A program made the translations under genes and the position numbers. DNA of 63,080 nucleotides, the filler included, from Reclinomonas americana ATCC 50394 (lineage: Eukaryota): the NCBI GenBank assembly GCA_048213135.1. It is 24 parts of 24 records of this genome, joined end to end, with 100 filler letters (N's around TTAATTAATTAA, not from the genome) between each part and the next. Parts side by side here need not be neighbours in the genome. Positions count along the whole stretch, not along the records: positions 13,210 to 15,967 come from AFZH01023318.1; positions 16,068 to 17,246 come from AFZH01023320.1; positions 17,347 to 18,610 come from AFZH01023321.1; positions 18,711 to 26,048 come from AFZH01023322.1; 20 more parts are not named here. One strand, written 5' to 3'. Positions within the stretch are counted from its first letter, which is position 1. Each line of letters begins with the position of its first letter. Of this stretch, positions 14,501 to 23,502 are shown in pieces. A model generated the notes under the pieces. It was not told where the DNA came from. It searched no databases and saw only the letters and a program-made list of their open reading frames with translations.

Positions 14501-15967
14501 GACAGTGAGTCACCCTGTCTCCTCTCGATCGTAGGCCACTCGTCTCACGAGCGACCTGACGTGCCGCATTCGTGGACTGGTGCTGGAGAACTTGTTGCCG
14601 ACGGCCGATCGTGCCGTTGTGCTGTGCTCGGACTCGCTGACTGTCGATGACCCAGAGCACGAAGGTGTGTGTTGTTGTGTGTTTGTGCATCATGCATGGT
14701 TCACTCAATCGCACCCCGCCACCACACAGCTCCACCGTGGGAGGCCATGGACACGTGGTGGGACATGTCGCATCAGCGCCTGCTTCCGGTCCACGGTGGC
14801 GACTTTTTGCGTCTGCGTGTGCTCTTGGCAGCAGCGGCTGGCTGGGTCAACATCATTTCACTCAACACCGGCTGCGAGCGACTGCATGTGCAAGTCGACG
14901 ACGTGTTCGTGCAGCAAGTGTGGAGCTCCGTTGTGCACGTCTTCTTGCCAACCATCCTTGGAGGAGCGTCCGGGATTGTGCCGCCCTCGCCCGTTTCGTC
15001 ACTCTCCTTCTCCCGCACGGCCAAATGAGTTGTCGCTTACCGTGGCGAATTTTGGTGCAGGGCGTGCCCGCTGATCTGCACGCCGACGACATTCGATCGA
15101 TGTATGCTCGCGTCGTCCTGGTGCCTCGCATGGTGTGCCGTGCCGCCAGTCACCAGGGACAATCAGCTGGCGCGCGTTGGTCTCGGTCAAAGCACCGTAC
15201 GTCGGCAGGTTGGTCGGGCGCGAAACAAAGAAAGAGATTTGCATTATCGTGTTCAGCTTAACGTGTTCTTGTATGCCATAGCGTCCATCCTTCGAGGCTC
15301 TACTTCGTCGGGCTCTCGGCCGCGCACCGTGGTGCCACACACGCCTCCACGCTTCACCGTCGCTTCTCGTGCGTCCCTCCCCGCGCCAAGTTTCGCTTGA
15401 TGATTTTACGTATTGACTCGCTGCGTGCAGACGATGGCGGTGGCAGGGGTGATGGCGACGGTGGAGATGACCTCAATTCCTCCAACCAGGGACCTTCGTC
15501 GGTGCCGTACCATCGTTGTTTCAACGAATATATGTTCCGTGTCGACGACACTCACCAGTCTGTTTGCCGATGCACAGCGCGACATTTCAGGAGCGTCAAT
15601 CTACTCGTTTGGTGCCGCCTCGAGGGCTTCCTCCATGTTCAGCAGTGGTTCGTGTGCTGCCGTTGTTGATGAGCAGAGTTGACATTGGAAAACCCTTCGC
15701 TCACTGCGCCTTGCGGTGCAGGCACTGGTCTCAAGCCGATTCACGTGTCGGAGCTCGGTCCGCGGCCGCCCACTCTTTCGCCCGTCATCTACATTGACTC
15801 GTTGAGCGTGGCGCGCATCTGCCTCATGCTCACCGCACACCTCACCAAGCCGGTCGACATCAGTTTGGAGGACACGCCGATTCACTTTTCCGACTTCCGC
15901 ATCGTCTGTGTGCGCACCACTGTTGCGTTGTGGCCCTTCGCTCCATCTACCTTCCTTCCTGTGCGAT
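5592..15967 (+). CDS. VPS13-family bridge-like lipid transfer protein, VPS13B-like; multi-exon, spread over four contigs, 3' partial
   Basis: Splicing exon 5592-5617 to 5694 gives the chorein-N start MVFESYVHKLVMRLASKFIKNLGASDLSLSFGGGDIAL. Also present: NVQLKINNVVIKYVD, VAB-like YVVVNETDQDLWLAQ and VWPTYILRNRTPHNL, and C-terminal IYIDSLSV..ISLEDTPIHFSDF. Continuity across the gaps is inferred. Confidence 0.8.
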
Positions 15968-16067
15968 NNNNNNNNNNNNNNNNNNNNNNNNNNNNNNNNN
16001 NNNNNNNNNNNTTAATTAATTAANNNNNNNNNNNNNNNNNNNNNNNNNNNNNNNNNNNNNNNNNNNN

Positions 16068-16699
16068 GCGAAGCGGTTGGCGTCGTCGAGCTGCAAGGCC
16101 GCGCGCTCGACCAGGATCGCCGGCGAGGTCTGTTCGCGCAGGAAGGCCATCAGGCTGAGACCCTGCTCCAGGCCGAGGACAGTCGGGCGGCCATCACGGG
16201 TATCGTCCAGAGCGGGCACCGTCGCTGCATGGAATACCGTCTCGACCGCGGCGGGTTCGCCGATCTCGCCATAGACGAAGGCCTTACGAGCGATCTCCGC
16301 GAAGCCGGTATCGCCACCGACCGCCGCGATGACATCGCCGAGGACGCGTTGACGCGCGGCGAAGTCGACCGGCAGGCGCGGTGGTCTGAGCGCGACTGTG
16401 ATCGTCGCGGCGGCTTTCAGGAACGACAGCCCGATGAGCATGTCGAGGAAGTAGGCGACTTGCGCCCATTCCGAGCTTCCACTGAGCGCGAGGAAGCGGG
16501 TGATCTCGACGCCATGGCCGATGGCGCGCTCGGCGATCTCGCCCACTGGATGAGTCTCGGCGGCGAAGCTGGCGTAGCCCTTTTCCGCGCCCGCCGACAG
16601 CGACAGGCGGTCGGTGAAGGCGGCGAGGTCGTCGGTGACGCGTCGGAGCGGCAGGTCGAGCTCGATGTCGGCGAGCGAGGGAGAGGAGGTGGTCTTCAT
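16068..16699 (-). CDS. Bacterial hypothetical protein, 3' partial
   Basis: GC-rich intronless ORF; likely start MKTTSS at 16699; runs into the gap. Confidence 0.7.
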
Positions 16700-16720
16700 T
16701 TTCAGTCGTCCCAGATCATA

Positions 16721-16791
16721 GGGGTCACAGCCACACAGCTGCGCTTTCCCTCGGTCCTGAAATCGAGAAAGGCGTCCGATCCCGGACGCCT
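16721..16791 (-). promoter_or_regulatory. Conserved intergenic element copy 1 (hairpin plus conserved leader motif)
   Basis: Inverted repeat AGGCGTCCG-ATCC-CGGACGCCT (16770-16791). On the - strand it is followed by GGACCGAGGGAAAGCGCAGCTGTGTGGCTGTGACCCC; similar to 17918-17988. Confidence 0.65.
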
Positions 16792-16817
16792 CCCTCATGT
16801 TTTCCTATCCGGCCGGC

Positions 16818-17246
16818 TCAGACCAGCTCGTTCCAGTCGAACTGAAGCCGATCGCGGGCGTCGTATGGCAGGGTTTTTATCCAGGCTGATTCCGCCGTGA
16901 CGTGCCGCACCGCCGACTGCATCGCCGGAGGGTCGCCAGCTTCGCCGCGTCTGTTGATCAGCGCGACCACCTGCTTCTTGGTCGCAAGCGCGTCCCGGTT
17001 GTGGACAGGCCAGATCATGACCTGGCAGGCGGCGAGGTATCCCATCAGGCGCGCCCCCTCGGCGGCTACCATCAGCTCGGCGGCGTTGGCTGGACCGCGT
17101 CCGGCGAGCTCGAGCAGGCGGTCACAGGTCTCGAACATTTTTGCCGCGCGCTGGAGAAGCGCATCGAGGTCGGGGGCGGATCGGGCGAAGCGGGACCATT
17201 CGACCACATGCCTGTCGGCGAAGGCCGGCGGTCCGCCGCGCTTCGG
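16818..17246 (-). CDS. Bacterial hypothetical protein, 5' partial; probably the C-terminus of the gene starting at 17901
   Basis: ORF runs to the contig edge. A W-P-x..D..A..K motif echoes the one in the 17347-17901 ORF. Confidence 0.6.
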   Translation of the reverse strand, partial: PKRGGPPAFADRHVVEWSRFARSAPDLDALLQRAAKMFETCDRLLELAGRGPANAAELMVAAEGARLMGYLAACQVMIWPVHNRDALATKKQVVALINRRGEAGDPPAMQSAVRHVTAESAWIKTLPYDARDRLQFDWNELV

Positions 17247-17346
17247 NNNNNNNNNNNNNNNNNNNNNNNNNNNNNNNNNNNNNNNNNNNNTTAATTAATT
17301 AANNNNNNNNNNNNNNNNNNNNNNNNNNNNNNNNNNNNNNNNNNNN

Positions 17347-17901
17347 GTCGGAGCGCTCCAGCGGCCAGGATGCGAGTCCACGATCATCTGACTGCGGCGC
17401 AGCCGGCGCCGGTGGCAGGATCAGGGCCGGCACCGCGAAGGCGGCGCGTCGCCAGCGGATCCGGCGGGCCGTGTTCGCGTCCATGCTGCCGTCGAAGTCC
17501 TTTTCGCGGCGATGCAACTGCACGCCGGTCCTCGCGTCGAGCGCGAGTTTTGCCTCCGCCGCGTCGAGGTCATCCGCCGGCCAGAGCGCGACCAGCGCAA
17601 TAAGGCTGATGCTCATGATCTCGAGCCCACCGCAGACGGCCTCGCCGACATCATCGCCGCTGTCGCGCGCCAGCCAGACCCTGAACTCCTCGGAATGGAG
17701 GTTCTTGGCACTCCTTGCGGCATGCTTGAGATCGAGCGGCTGGCGCCTGAACGCCACCAACTCGGCAACACTAGGATCATCCCCGGCGGCGATCTCCATC
17801 GCCACCGTGATGGGATCACGCATGGTGGTCTCCGCCGGCTCGTCGATCGCCTTGCTGGCGCGCCGGGCGAGCGAGCGACCGCCCTCATTCTTCCTGGTCA
17901 T
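17347..17901 (-). CDS. Bacterial hypothetical protein, 3' partial
   Basis: Intronless ORF; start MTRKNE at 17901 (or 17916); runs into the gap. Confidence 0.65.
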
Positions 17902-17917
17902 GTCGGGTACTTTCATC

Positions 17918-17988
17918 GGGGTTACAGCCATCCCGGCTGCGCTTCCCTCTCGGTCCCAACATGGAGAAGGCGCCCGGTGGGCGCCTTC
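17918..17988 (-). promoter_or_regulatory. Conserved intergenic element copy 2 (probable terminator hairpin after sbcB plus conserved leader motif)
   Basis: Perfect 10-bp stem GAAGGCGCCC-GGT-GGGCGCCTTC (17966-17988). On the - strand it is followed by GGACCGAGAGGGAAGCGCAGCCGGGATGGCTGTAACCCC. Confidence 0.65.
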
Positions 17989-18011
17989 GTCGTCAGGGCA
18001 GATCGCTCAGG

Positions 18012-19479
18012 TCAGGCCGCCAACTGGAAGTACTGGCTGCGCTGGCGCAGCCACCGCTCAATCTCGTCGAGATGGGAATGTTTGCTGACCCCTTCCTTGG
18101 AGAGTCCAGCACGCAGCTCGCCGACCTGCCGCAAAGCCTGTTGCAGTGTCAGCCAGGGCACCTCGGCTTCGGTGGTCAGCCGCTCGCGCAACCAGGCCTG
18201 ACCCTTTTGCCAGGCGACCGGGGACATGGCCTGCGGCGACTCCAGCAGCATCAGGCGGTTCGCAAAGGCTTTCAGCCGCTCATCCGTGAACTGCGCGGCG
18301 ATAGCCGGGCGAGCCTCCCATGGCGAAGCGTGCCAGCGGCCGCTCAGGCGCGCGTCTTCGTGCGAGAGGAAGCCGCCACCGTAGAGACTGGCTTCCGGGT
18401 AGGGCGAAGGCTCGCGATCGGCGAAGCGATTTGCCATTGCGGCAGCGAGACTGGCCCGGAATCCGGAATGATCGCGGATCCGGGCGGCGCGCTCGTGGTA
18501 GAGCGCCGCGTCGCGCTGGTCCGGCGGCAGGGCGTGGCAGCCCTGCGCATAGGCCAGCAGGATCGGCTGGGCATTGGTCCGCACCAGCCTGAGCGGGCGC
18601 GGGCCTGGGCNNNNNNNNNNNNNNNNNNNNNNNNNNNNNNNNNNNNNNNNNNNNTTAATTAATTAANNNNNNNNNNNNNNNNNNNNNNNNNNNNNNNNNN
18701 NNNNNNNNNNGATAGCCTGCCGGGTCGATGGTCAGGTCGACCGTCGCCCAGGAGGTCGCGACCGTGGGGTTCGGCGTGATGCCGACGATCGGGCTCAGCT
18801 TCGAGGCGCCGCCGAGGAGAAGGACCTCGCCGCCGGCGAGCATCCGGTTCGGGTTGGCCTTGTCGGCGTTGGCGAGCATCATCGCGACCGTTGCGGGCGC
18901 GAACTGGCGCAGGTGCCGGAACAGGGCGAGCGTCGCTCGGGTATCGGCGAGCGCATCATGTGCTTCGTGCTCGGCCAGCGCGATGCCGTTCGACCGGCAG
19001 ATATCGCCGAGCTTGAAGCTCGGCTTGCCGATCGGGTTTATGGGCACGGTGATGGCCGGGGGCTCCAGCATCGCGACCGCCCTGACCATGGTCAACAGGT
19101 CGGCCCGGCGATGACCGCCAAGCTGGGTCGCGTACGGCGGCAAGAGATGCGTGAAGAACGCGTGCCGCAGCATGTCCTCGTCGAACCGGATCGTGTTGTA
19201 GCCGATCACGGTTGACGGCGCCCAGGCAGACAGCGCCTTTGCGATGGCGATGAGCATTTCCGTGCTCGACATTGGCGCCTGCTCGAGCTGAGCCGGGCCA
19301 ATGCCGGTAGTCAGCAGCGCGCCCGGCGCCGGCACGATATGGGCCGGAAGCCGGCAGCGCAGTGAGAGCTCGCTGAGCGGCTGAAGGTTGTCGTCGCAAT
19401 GGATCAGGGCCGCCTGCAGCGGCACGTTCCACTGCGGTTCCAGGCCCGAGGTTTCGAGATCGTAAACGATATAGGACAT
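18012..19479 (-). CDS. sbcB: Exodeoxyribonuclease I (DEDDh 3'-5' ssDNA exonuclease), split by an assembly gap
   Basis: N-terminal part has YDLETSG, GYNTIRFDE and AHDALADT (Exo I/II/III motifs). C-terminal part has PEASLYGGGFLS..D..FTDERL, typical of ExoI. Confidence 0.85.
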
Positions 19480-19488
19480 CGCCGCCTC

Positions 19489-19947
19489 TCAGTGCCGGCT
19501 CGTTGTGCCGGCTTCGATCGACAGCTTGGTCAGCGTGATCCCGAGCTTGCGCGCGTCGACATGCATGGCGGTCTCGACCATCACCGCCGCATGCGAGCGC
19601 TCCATCTCGTCCTCGTGGAAGATCATCGCCTCATAGGTCGTGATCTTGCGCTCAAGGTCATCCTCGCTCCGGGCGGGCGGTTCGGCGATCATGAAAGCGA
19701 AGAACCGTGCCTGCGCCCTGGCGCCTTCGGCCAGCTGCCGGCCGTTGAGGCCACCGAACTCGGCGTGAACCCGATCACCCTCCTGCTCCAGCAGCATCGC
19801 ATGCGCGGTCGAAAGCTGCCACAGCATGAAGTATCGGGCGGCGTTGTCGCCAAGCTGCTCGTAGGTGCGCCGGTAGCGTCCCAGATCCGCGGCCGTCGGG
19901 CGCGCCTCGTCATCGGCGGCAAACGCCGTTCCATTCGTCTTGCTCAT
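19489..19947 (-). CDS. Hypothetical protein (152 aa)
   Basis: Likely start MSKTNG at 19947; the stop lies about 10 nt before the sbcB start, with GAGG in between. Confidence 0.75.
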   Translation of the reverse strand: MSKTNGTAFAADDEARPTAADLGRYRRTYEQLGDNAARYFMLWQLSTAHAMLLEQEGDRVHAEFGGLNGRQLAEGARAQARFFAFMIAEPPARSEDDLERKITTYEAMIFHEDEMERSHAAVMVETAMHVDARKLGITLTKLSIEAGTTSRH

Positions 19948-20215
19948 TGGATCTATCCGGTCTGGCATGACCCGGAACGGCTCTGTCGGCTCAGGTTCGC
20001 GGGGGTTCCCAGAAGCGGGTTCCGGAATTCGCCTGTCTCTTCCTATGTGGACTGGTCTAAAGCCGTGCGTCTGGCTCAAGCGAAGGCGCTAATCTGGCCC
20101 TTACCGGACTCTGACGATGTCTGCTTGCGGGCAATTTGATCAGCCGGCGGGTCTCCTATGGCTCGTCAGAGTTCTCGCATGCATTTCTAGCAGAGATCGG
20201 AGCGCCAAATGCTCA

Positions 20216-21823
20216 TCAAGGATTTGCGGCATTAAGTACTTCACGAAGTGATTTTATAGCAATTCCATATCCGGTGTTAGATAATCGATATCTTCTTGTG
20301 CCTCGATTTGGCGTGCTTGAGATTTCATAATATGCATAGAAATCTTGATTAAAGTATCTGCTGACGTTGTCTTTGTGTTTTGGCTGTATTAATCGAAAGA
20401 CACTTGAAATAAGCGCCGCAATATCCGTGGTAGTGTAGAATTTTCTGGATTCTTTATTTTCCCATACCGTGAGAAGTGCTATAAGAATCGCTTCCTGCAG
20501 CGCAACCTCGCGCACACGATCGAGCGCCGATATTGCCTTCGGGATGTCGAGATCGAGTCCAGATCCGCCTCCAGCCAACTCGTCGACTTGCTGAAGATAA
20601 GCGTCCACGCTGCCCTCATTACGAATTGTGAGCATATCTGGCAGGTCGGAAATCATATCGAGGCCCATACGCCGCTGCTGACAGTCACGCTCCCGGAATT
20701 GATCAAGCGTAAGGTTGTCGCCAGGTCTGGCTCTCGCCTGTAATCTAGCGTATCGAACTTCTTCGTTAGCAATAACAAATCTTTCGGTGGATGTCCTGCC
20801 GTGTCTCTTCATCGCTTGCCGAAGAAGCTCGACCTCCAGAGGTGATCGGAATCCGGATATGACAATCGGATCAGAGATATGATCCTGCATATACTCGATT
20901 ACTTTCTCAGCGGCGATAGTCGGCATTTGTGTTAATGCCTGCTCAGCAAAGTCGCCGATCGAGGATACATCGCGATAGCCGTGTCGATAATAATAGCTAA
21001 GATGCATAAAATCGCTTGCTTCAACATGAAGGTAACCGAATTTTCGAGCCAGCCTTTGACTCGCCGTTGTTTTCCCCGAACATGTGTATCCAGACAGGAT
21101 AATGTTGGGGCGGTCATCGAAATTAAGCTGGAGCTGCGTCATTGGGACGTCAAAGAAGCCACGGCTTTCAAAGAAATCGAAAAGGGGGCCGAAGGATTTG
21201 CGTCGGAAATCTACTTCGTAGGCGTCGCCAATCGGCAATGCGCCGAATGGCAGCGTATGCCCATCTGGAACGAACCACTTATTGAATGATCGGTTGTCGA
21301 GCCAGGGGCAAAGTTGGTTCGCATCAAACCGATGCTCGGCTTCAACGATCGAGCCTTGCTGCTCACCAGTGAAGATCAGGAATGGTTGATCTACCCGCCA
21401 CACGCGGCGAAAGGCGCTGGGCACGTGAAGTAGAACATCGGACCGCACCACCGCCCGGCGATCATTCCCGGCGCGACGCAAGGCGGCGTCGAGACGAGCG
21501 AAGGTTTGCTCTTCCATCCAGAATTTGACGTCGACACCGGGTACTTCGACGCCATCATGGCTCAGCGCTTCAATCCGGACTGAAGTGTCTTCAAGAATGA
21601 AGGGATGGCTCGCCTCCGAGAAACCAGCTTTGGCGAGCTGAGCTTTGGCGCTTTCGTAGCTGCCGGTCAGAATTTCATCGCGAGAGGATAGCCGCGGCTC
21701 GACATATCCCGCGTGGTAGGTTCGCTGGCGGAACCCCTTGATGCGAACGCGCCGGCCTTCGGCCAGATAGCGAGCGTGCGCCAACTTGGTTTGGTTGCTT
21801 GTGAAGAAGGTAAGCTCACGCAT
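20216..21823 (-). CDS. Fusion of a HAM1/ITPase-like NTP pyrophosphatase, a P-loop nucleotide (NMP/dephospho-CoA-type) kinase and a putative C-terminal winged helix
   Basis: HAM1 motifs FFTSNQTK and FILEDTSVRIEAL..PGVDVK; Walker A IILSGYTCSGKTT and VISGFRSPLE; C-terminal FYTTTDIA..VSRYF..RRYRLSNTG. ATG at 21823 overlaps the upstream stop at 21816-21818. Confidence 0.85.
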   Translation of the reverse strand: MRELTFFTSNQTKLAHARYLAEGRRVRIKGFRQRTYHAGYVEPRLSSRDEILTGSYESAKAQLAKAGFSEASHPFILEDTSVRIEALSHDGVEVPGVDVKFWMEEQTFARLDAALRRAGNDRRAVVRSDVLLHVPSAFRRVWRVDQPFLIFTGEQQGSIVEAEHRFDANQLCPWLDNRSFNKWFVPDGHTLPFGALPIGDAYEVDFRRKSFGPLFDFFESRGFFDVPMTQLQLNFDDRPNIILSGYTCSGKTTASQRLARKFGYLHVEASDFMHLSYYYRHGYRDVSSIGDFAEQALTQMPTIAAEKVIEYMQDHISDPIVISGFRSPLEVELLRQAMKRHGRTSTERFVIANEEVRYARLQARARPGDNLTLDQFRERDCQQRRMGLDMISDLPDMLTIRNEGSVDAYLQQVDELAGGGSGLDLDIPKAISALDRVREVALQEAILIALLTVWENKESRKFYTTTDIAALISSVFRLIQPKHKDNVSRYFNQDFYAYYEISSTPNRGTRRYRLSNTGYGIAIKSLREVLNAANP

Positions 21824-22802
21824 CGTGGCAATGAATTTCGCGACCACAGTTTCTGGGTGTCGTTTGATGGGCATCGCAGCCCATCAAACGAGCGGCTTGC
21901 GCGATCGCGTTCATCTGAGCTGGAGCAGCTAAGCAAAATAGCAATGGCCCGAGGCTAGACATTCCGACGCAGTCGGCGCCTGCTCTCAATAAGGCGTCGC
22001 CTATGCCTGCCAGCGCGCAACCATATTCCGAGCGCTCGGCGCGCTTCCAGGCTGTTTGCTGCATTCGCTCGACGCCTCGGCAAAAGCCAGCGTAGTCCGA
22101 TTCCGCAGCTGATGCGTAGATATCAAAAAGCGCGACGTAGGCTGCTTCGAAGCTGGTGCTTTCGGGGAGTGGTGCTGTTCGCGAGAAAAAATCTATCTCC
22201 TCCTCCTGCGTCTTGGGCGCGATCAAACGAGGGATGCAGATGAGAACCGGCCACTCGGGCATGGCGAGTGCAGGAAGGGCCAGAGGTAGCCGGGAAGGAT
22301 CTGCGCGGGACGAAGGCAGAACAGGCTGACCTTCGTTGCGCTTCCCGACATCGCATATTAGTCCGCCATCAAAATAGGTATTGATGCCGACACCTGACGT
22401 GCCCCCTCGTCCTGACGCGCTGACGAGTTCGACCCTGCTCGCGCCACACCCGTTCAAGATTGCCAGCGCCTCGATCGCGCCAAGACGAATGGCGGTCGCC
22501 GAGCCGAGGCCGACATGGGTCAGCATGTCGCCGAAGATCCGAATGCTTGCTGCTCGCTCCATTCCGCGTGAAATCAGAAAGCCTTCTAGCGCGCCTTGCA
22601 GTTGAGACAACTCAGCGGCCTCCATCGGGCAGCTGCGCTCATCGCGCACTGTTAGGGTCCCCGCCTCGCTCGTCTCGATCTGAGCGGCCGGTCCGTTGAT
22701 CGCGAATCCAATTCCTCCGTTAAGTCGAGGCGACTCTCGGTGCATCGACAGCAACCCGAGATGAATGCGAGGATGCACAATAACATCAACTCTATTGGCC
22801 AC
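21816..22802 (-). CDS. Beta-ribofuranosylaminobenzene 5'-phosphate (beta-RFAP) synthase-like GHMP-family protein
   Basis: PRIHLGL, RLNGGIGFA, HVGLGSATAIRL, GRGGTSGVGINTYFDGGLICDVG and GMSSLGP. GTG at 22802 overlaps the upstream stop. Confidence 0.88.
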   Translation of the reverse strand: MANRVDVIVHPRIHLGLLSMHRESPRLNGGIGFAINGPAAQIETSEAGTLTVRDERSCPMEAAELSQLQGALEGFLISRGMERAASIRIFGDMLTHVGLGSATAIRLGAIEALAILNGCGASRVELVSASGRGGTSGVGINTYFDGGLICDVGKRNEGQPVLPSSRADPSRLPLALPALAMPEWPVLICIPRLIAPKTQEEEIDFFSRTAPLPESTSFEAAYVALFDIYASAAESDYAGFCRGVERMQQTAWKRAERSEYGCALAGIGDALLRAGADCVGMSSLGPLLFCLAAPAQMNAIAQAARLMGCDAHQTTPRNCGREIHCHDA

Positions 22803-23502
22803 TGCTACGCTTCCACTCCGCCTCGAAAAACGCGCTGTACTTCTGTCCAAACAAGGTGTCGGCGGCGACGTGGACGGCGGGCGCGTGCCGGCTTTGACTG
22901 TCGTTAAATATGGGACCCGCAACGACATCATTGTCGCAAATCAGGAAACTGTGCCGCGCTTCGTCATCGAACCGACGTAGCTCTACACGATCAGGGTAAA
23001 TCTTCTGAACAGCGTCGATTTGCGATATAGTGCTGGCCGTGCGGCTCTTGGATTCCTGGTCAAGATGCTCATCATCAGGAATCAGAATTCGAATCTTAAG
23101 ATTTCTGTGCTTGCTGAGCGCAGCAATTAGAACTTTATCATCACTATCTACGTCAAGAAAATCGCGCACAAAGCGATTGCACGATGCCCCCATTACATCG
23201 ACACGAAGTCTGCTTCCTCCCACGAGCTTGCTATAGTAAACCTTGTCGTGTCGATTTGCGAGGAGCGCCTTTATACCCATTCGACGAAACCCATCGAGTT
23301 GCATAATAGGAGGAAGCACGGTGAGATAAGTAAGGAGATATACAAACAGACCAGCGGCAACTCCGCCGACAAACCCGAGCAATTTTACGTCTGTGACATC
23401 GATGGTCCAGTACCAATAGCAAAACCCGGCAGTCAATATGCCGATGATGAACGACCACAGCAGCCAAAAAGGTAAGCGAAAAGTACGAAGATCAAGGCTC
23501 AT
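22792..23502 (-). CDS. Membrane protein with two N-terminal TM helices and a putative PLD-like-fold soluble domain lacking HKD
   Basis: Two hydrophobic stretches, then VDVMGAS..LKIRILIPD..VELRRF..HSFLICD..FFEAEW. ATGA overlap with the methyltransferase stop (23499-23502). The fold assignment is by pattern only. Confidence 0.7.
   Translation of the reverse strand: MSLDLRTFRLPFWLLWSFIIGILTAGFCYWYWTIDVTDVKLLGFVGGVAAGLFVYLLTYLTVLPPIMQLDGFRRMGIKALLANRHDKVYYSKLVGGSRLRVDVMGASCNRFVRDFLDVDSDDKVLIAALSKHRNLKIRILIPDDEHLDQESKSRTASTISQIDAVQKIYPDRVELRRFDDEARHSFLICDNDVVAGPIFNDSQSRHAPAVHVAADTLFGQKYSAFFEAEWKRSSGQ

Noticed and set aside
20216..21823. Assignment to the Kongming system or to housekeeping rdgB
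   Set aside because: No adenosine deaminase or SIR2 gene is present, the SHR motif is missing, and the extra domains and context differ from rdgB.
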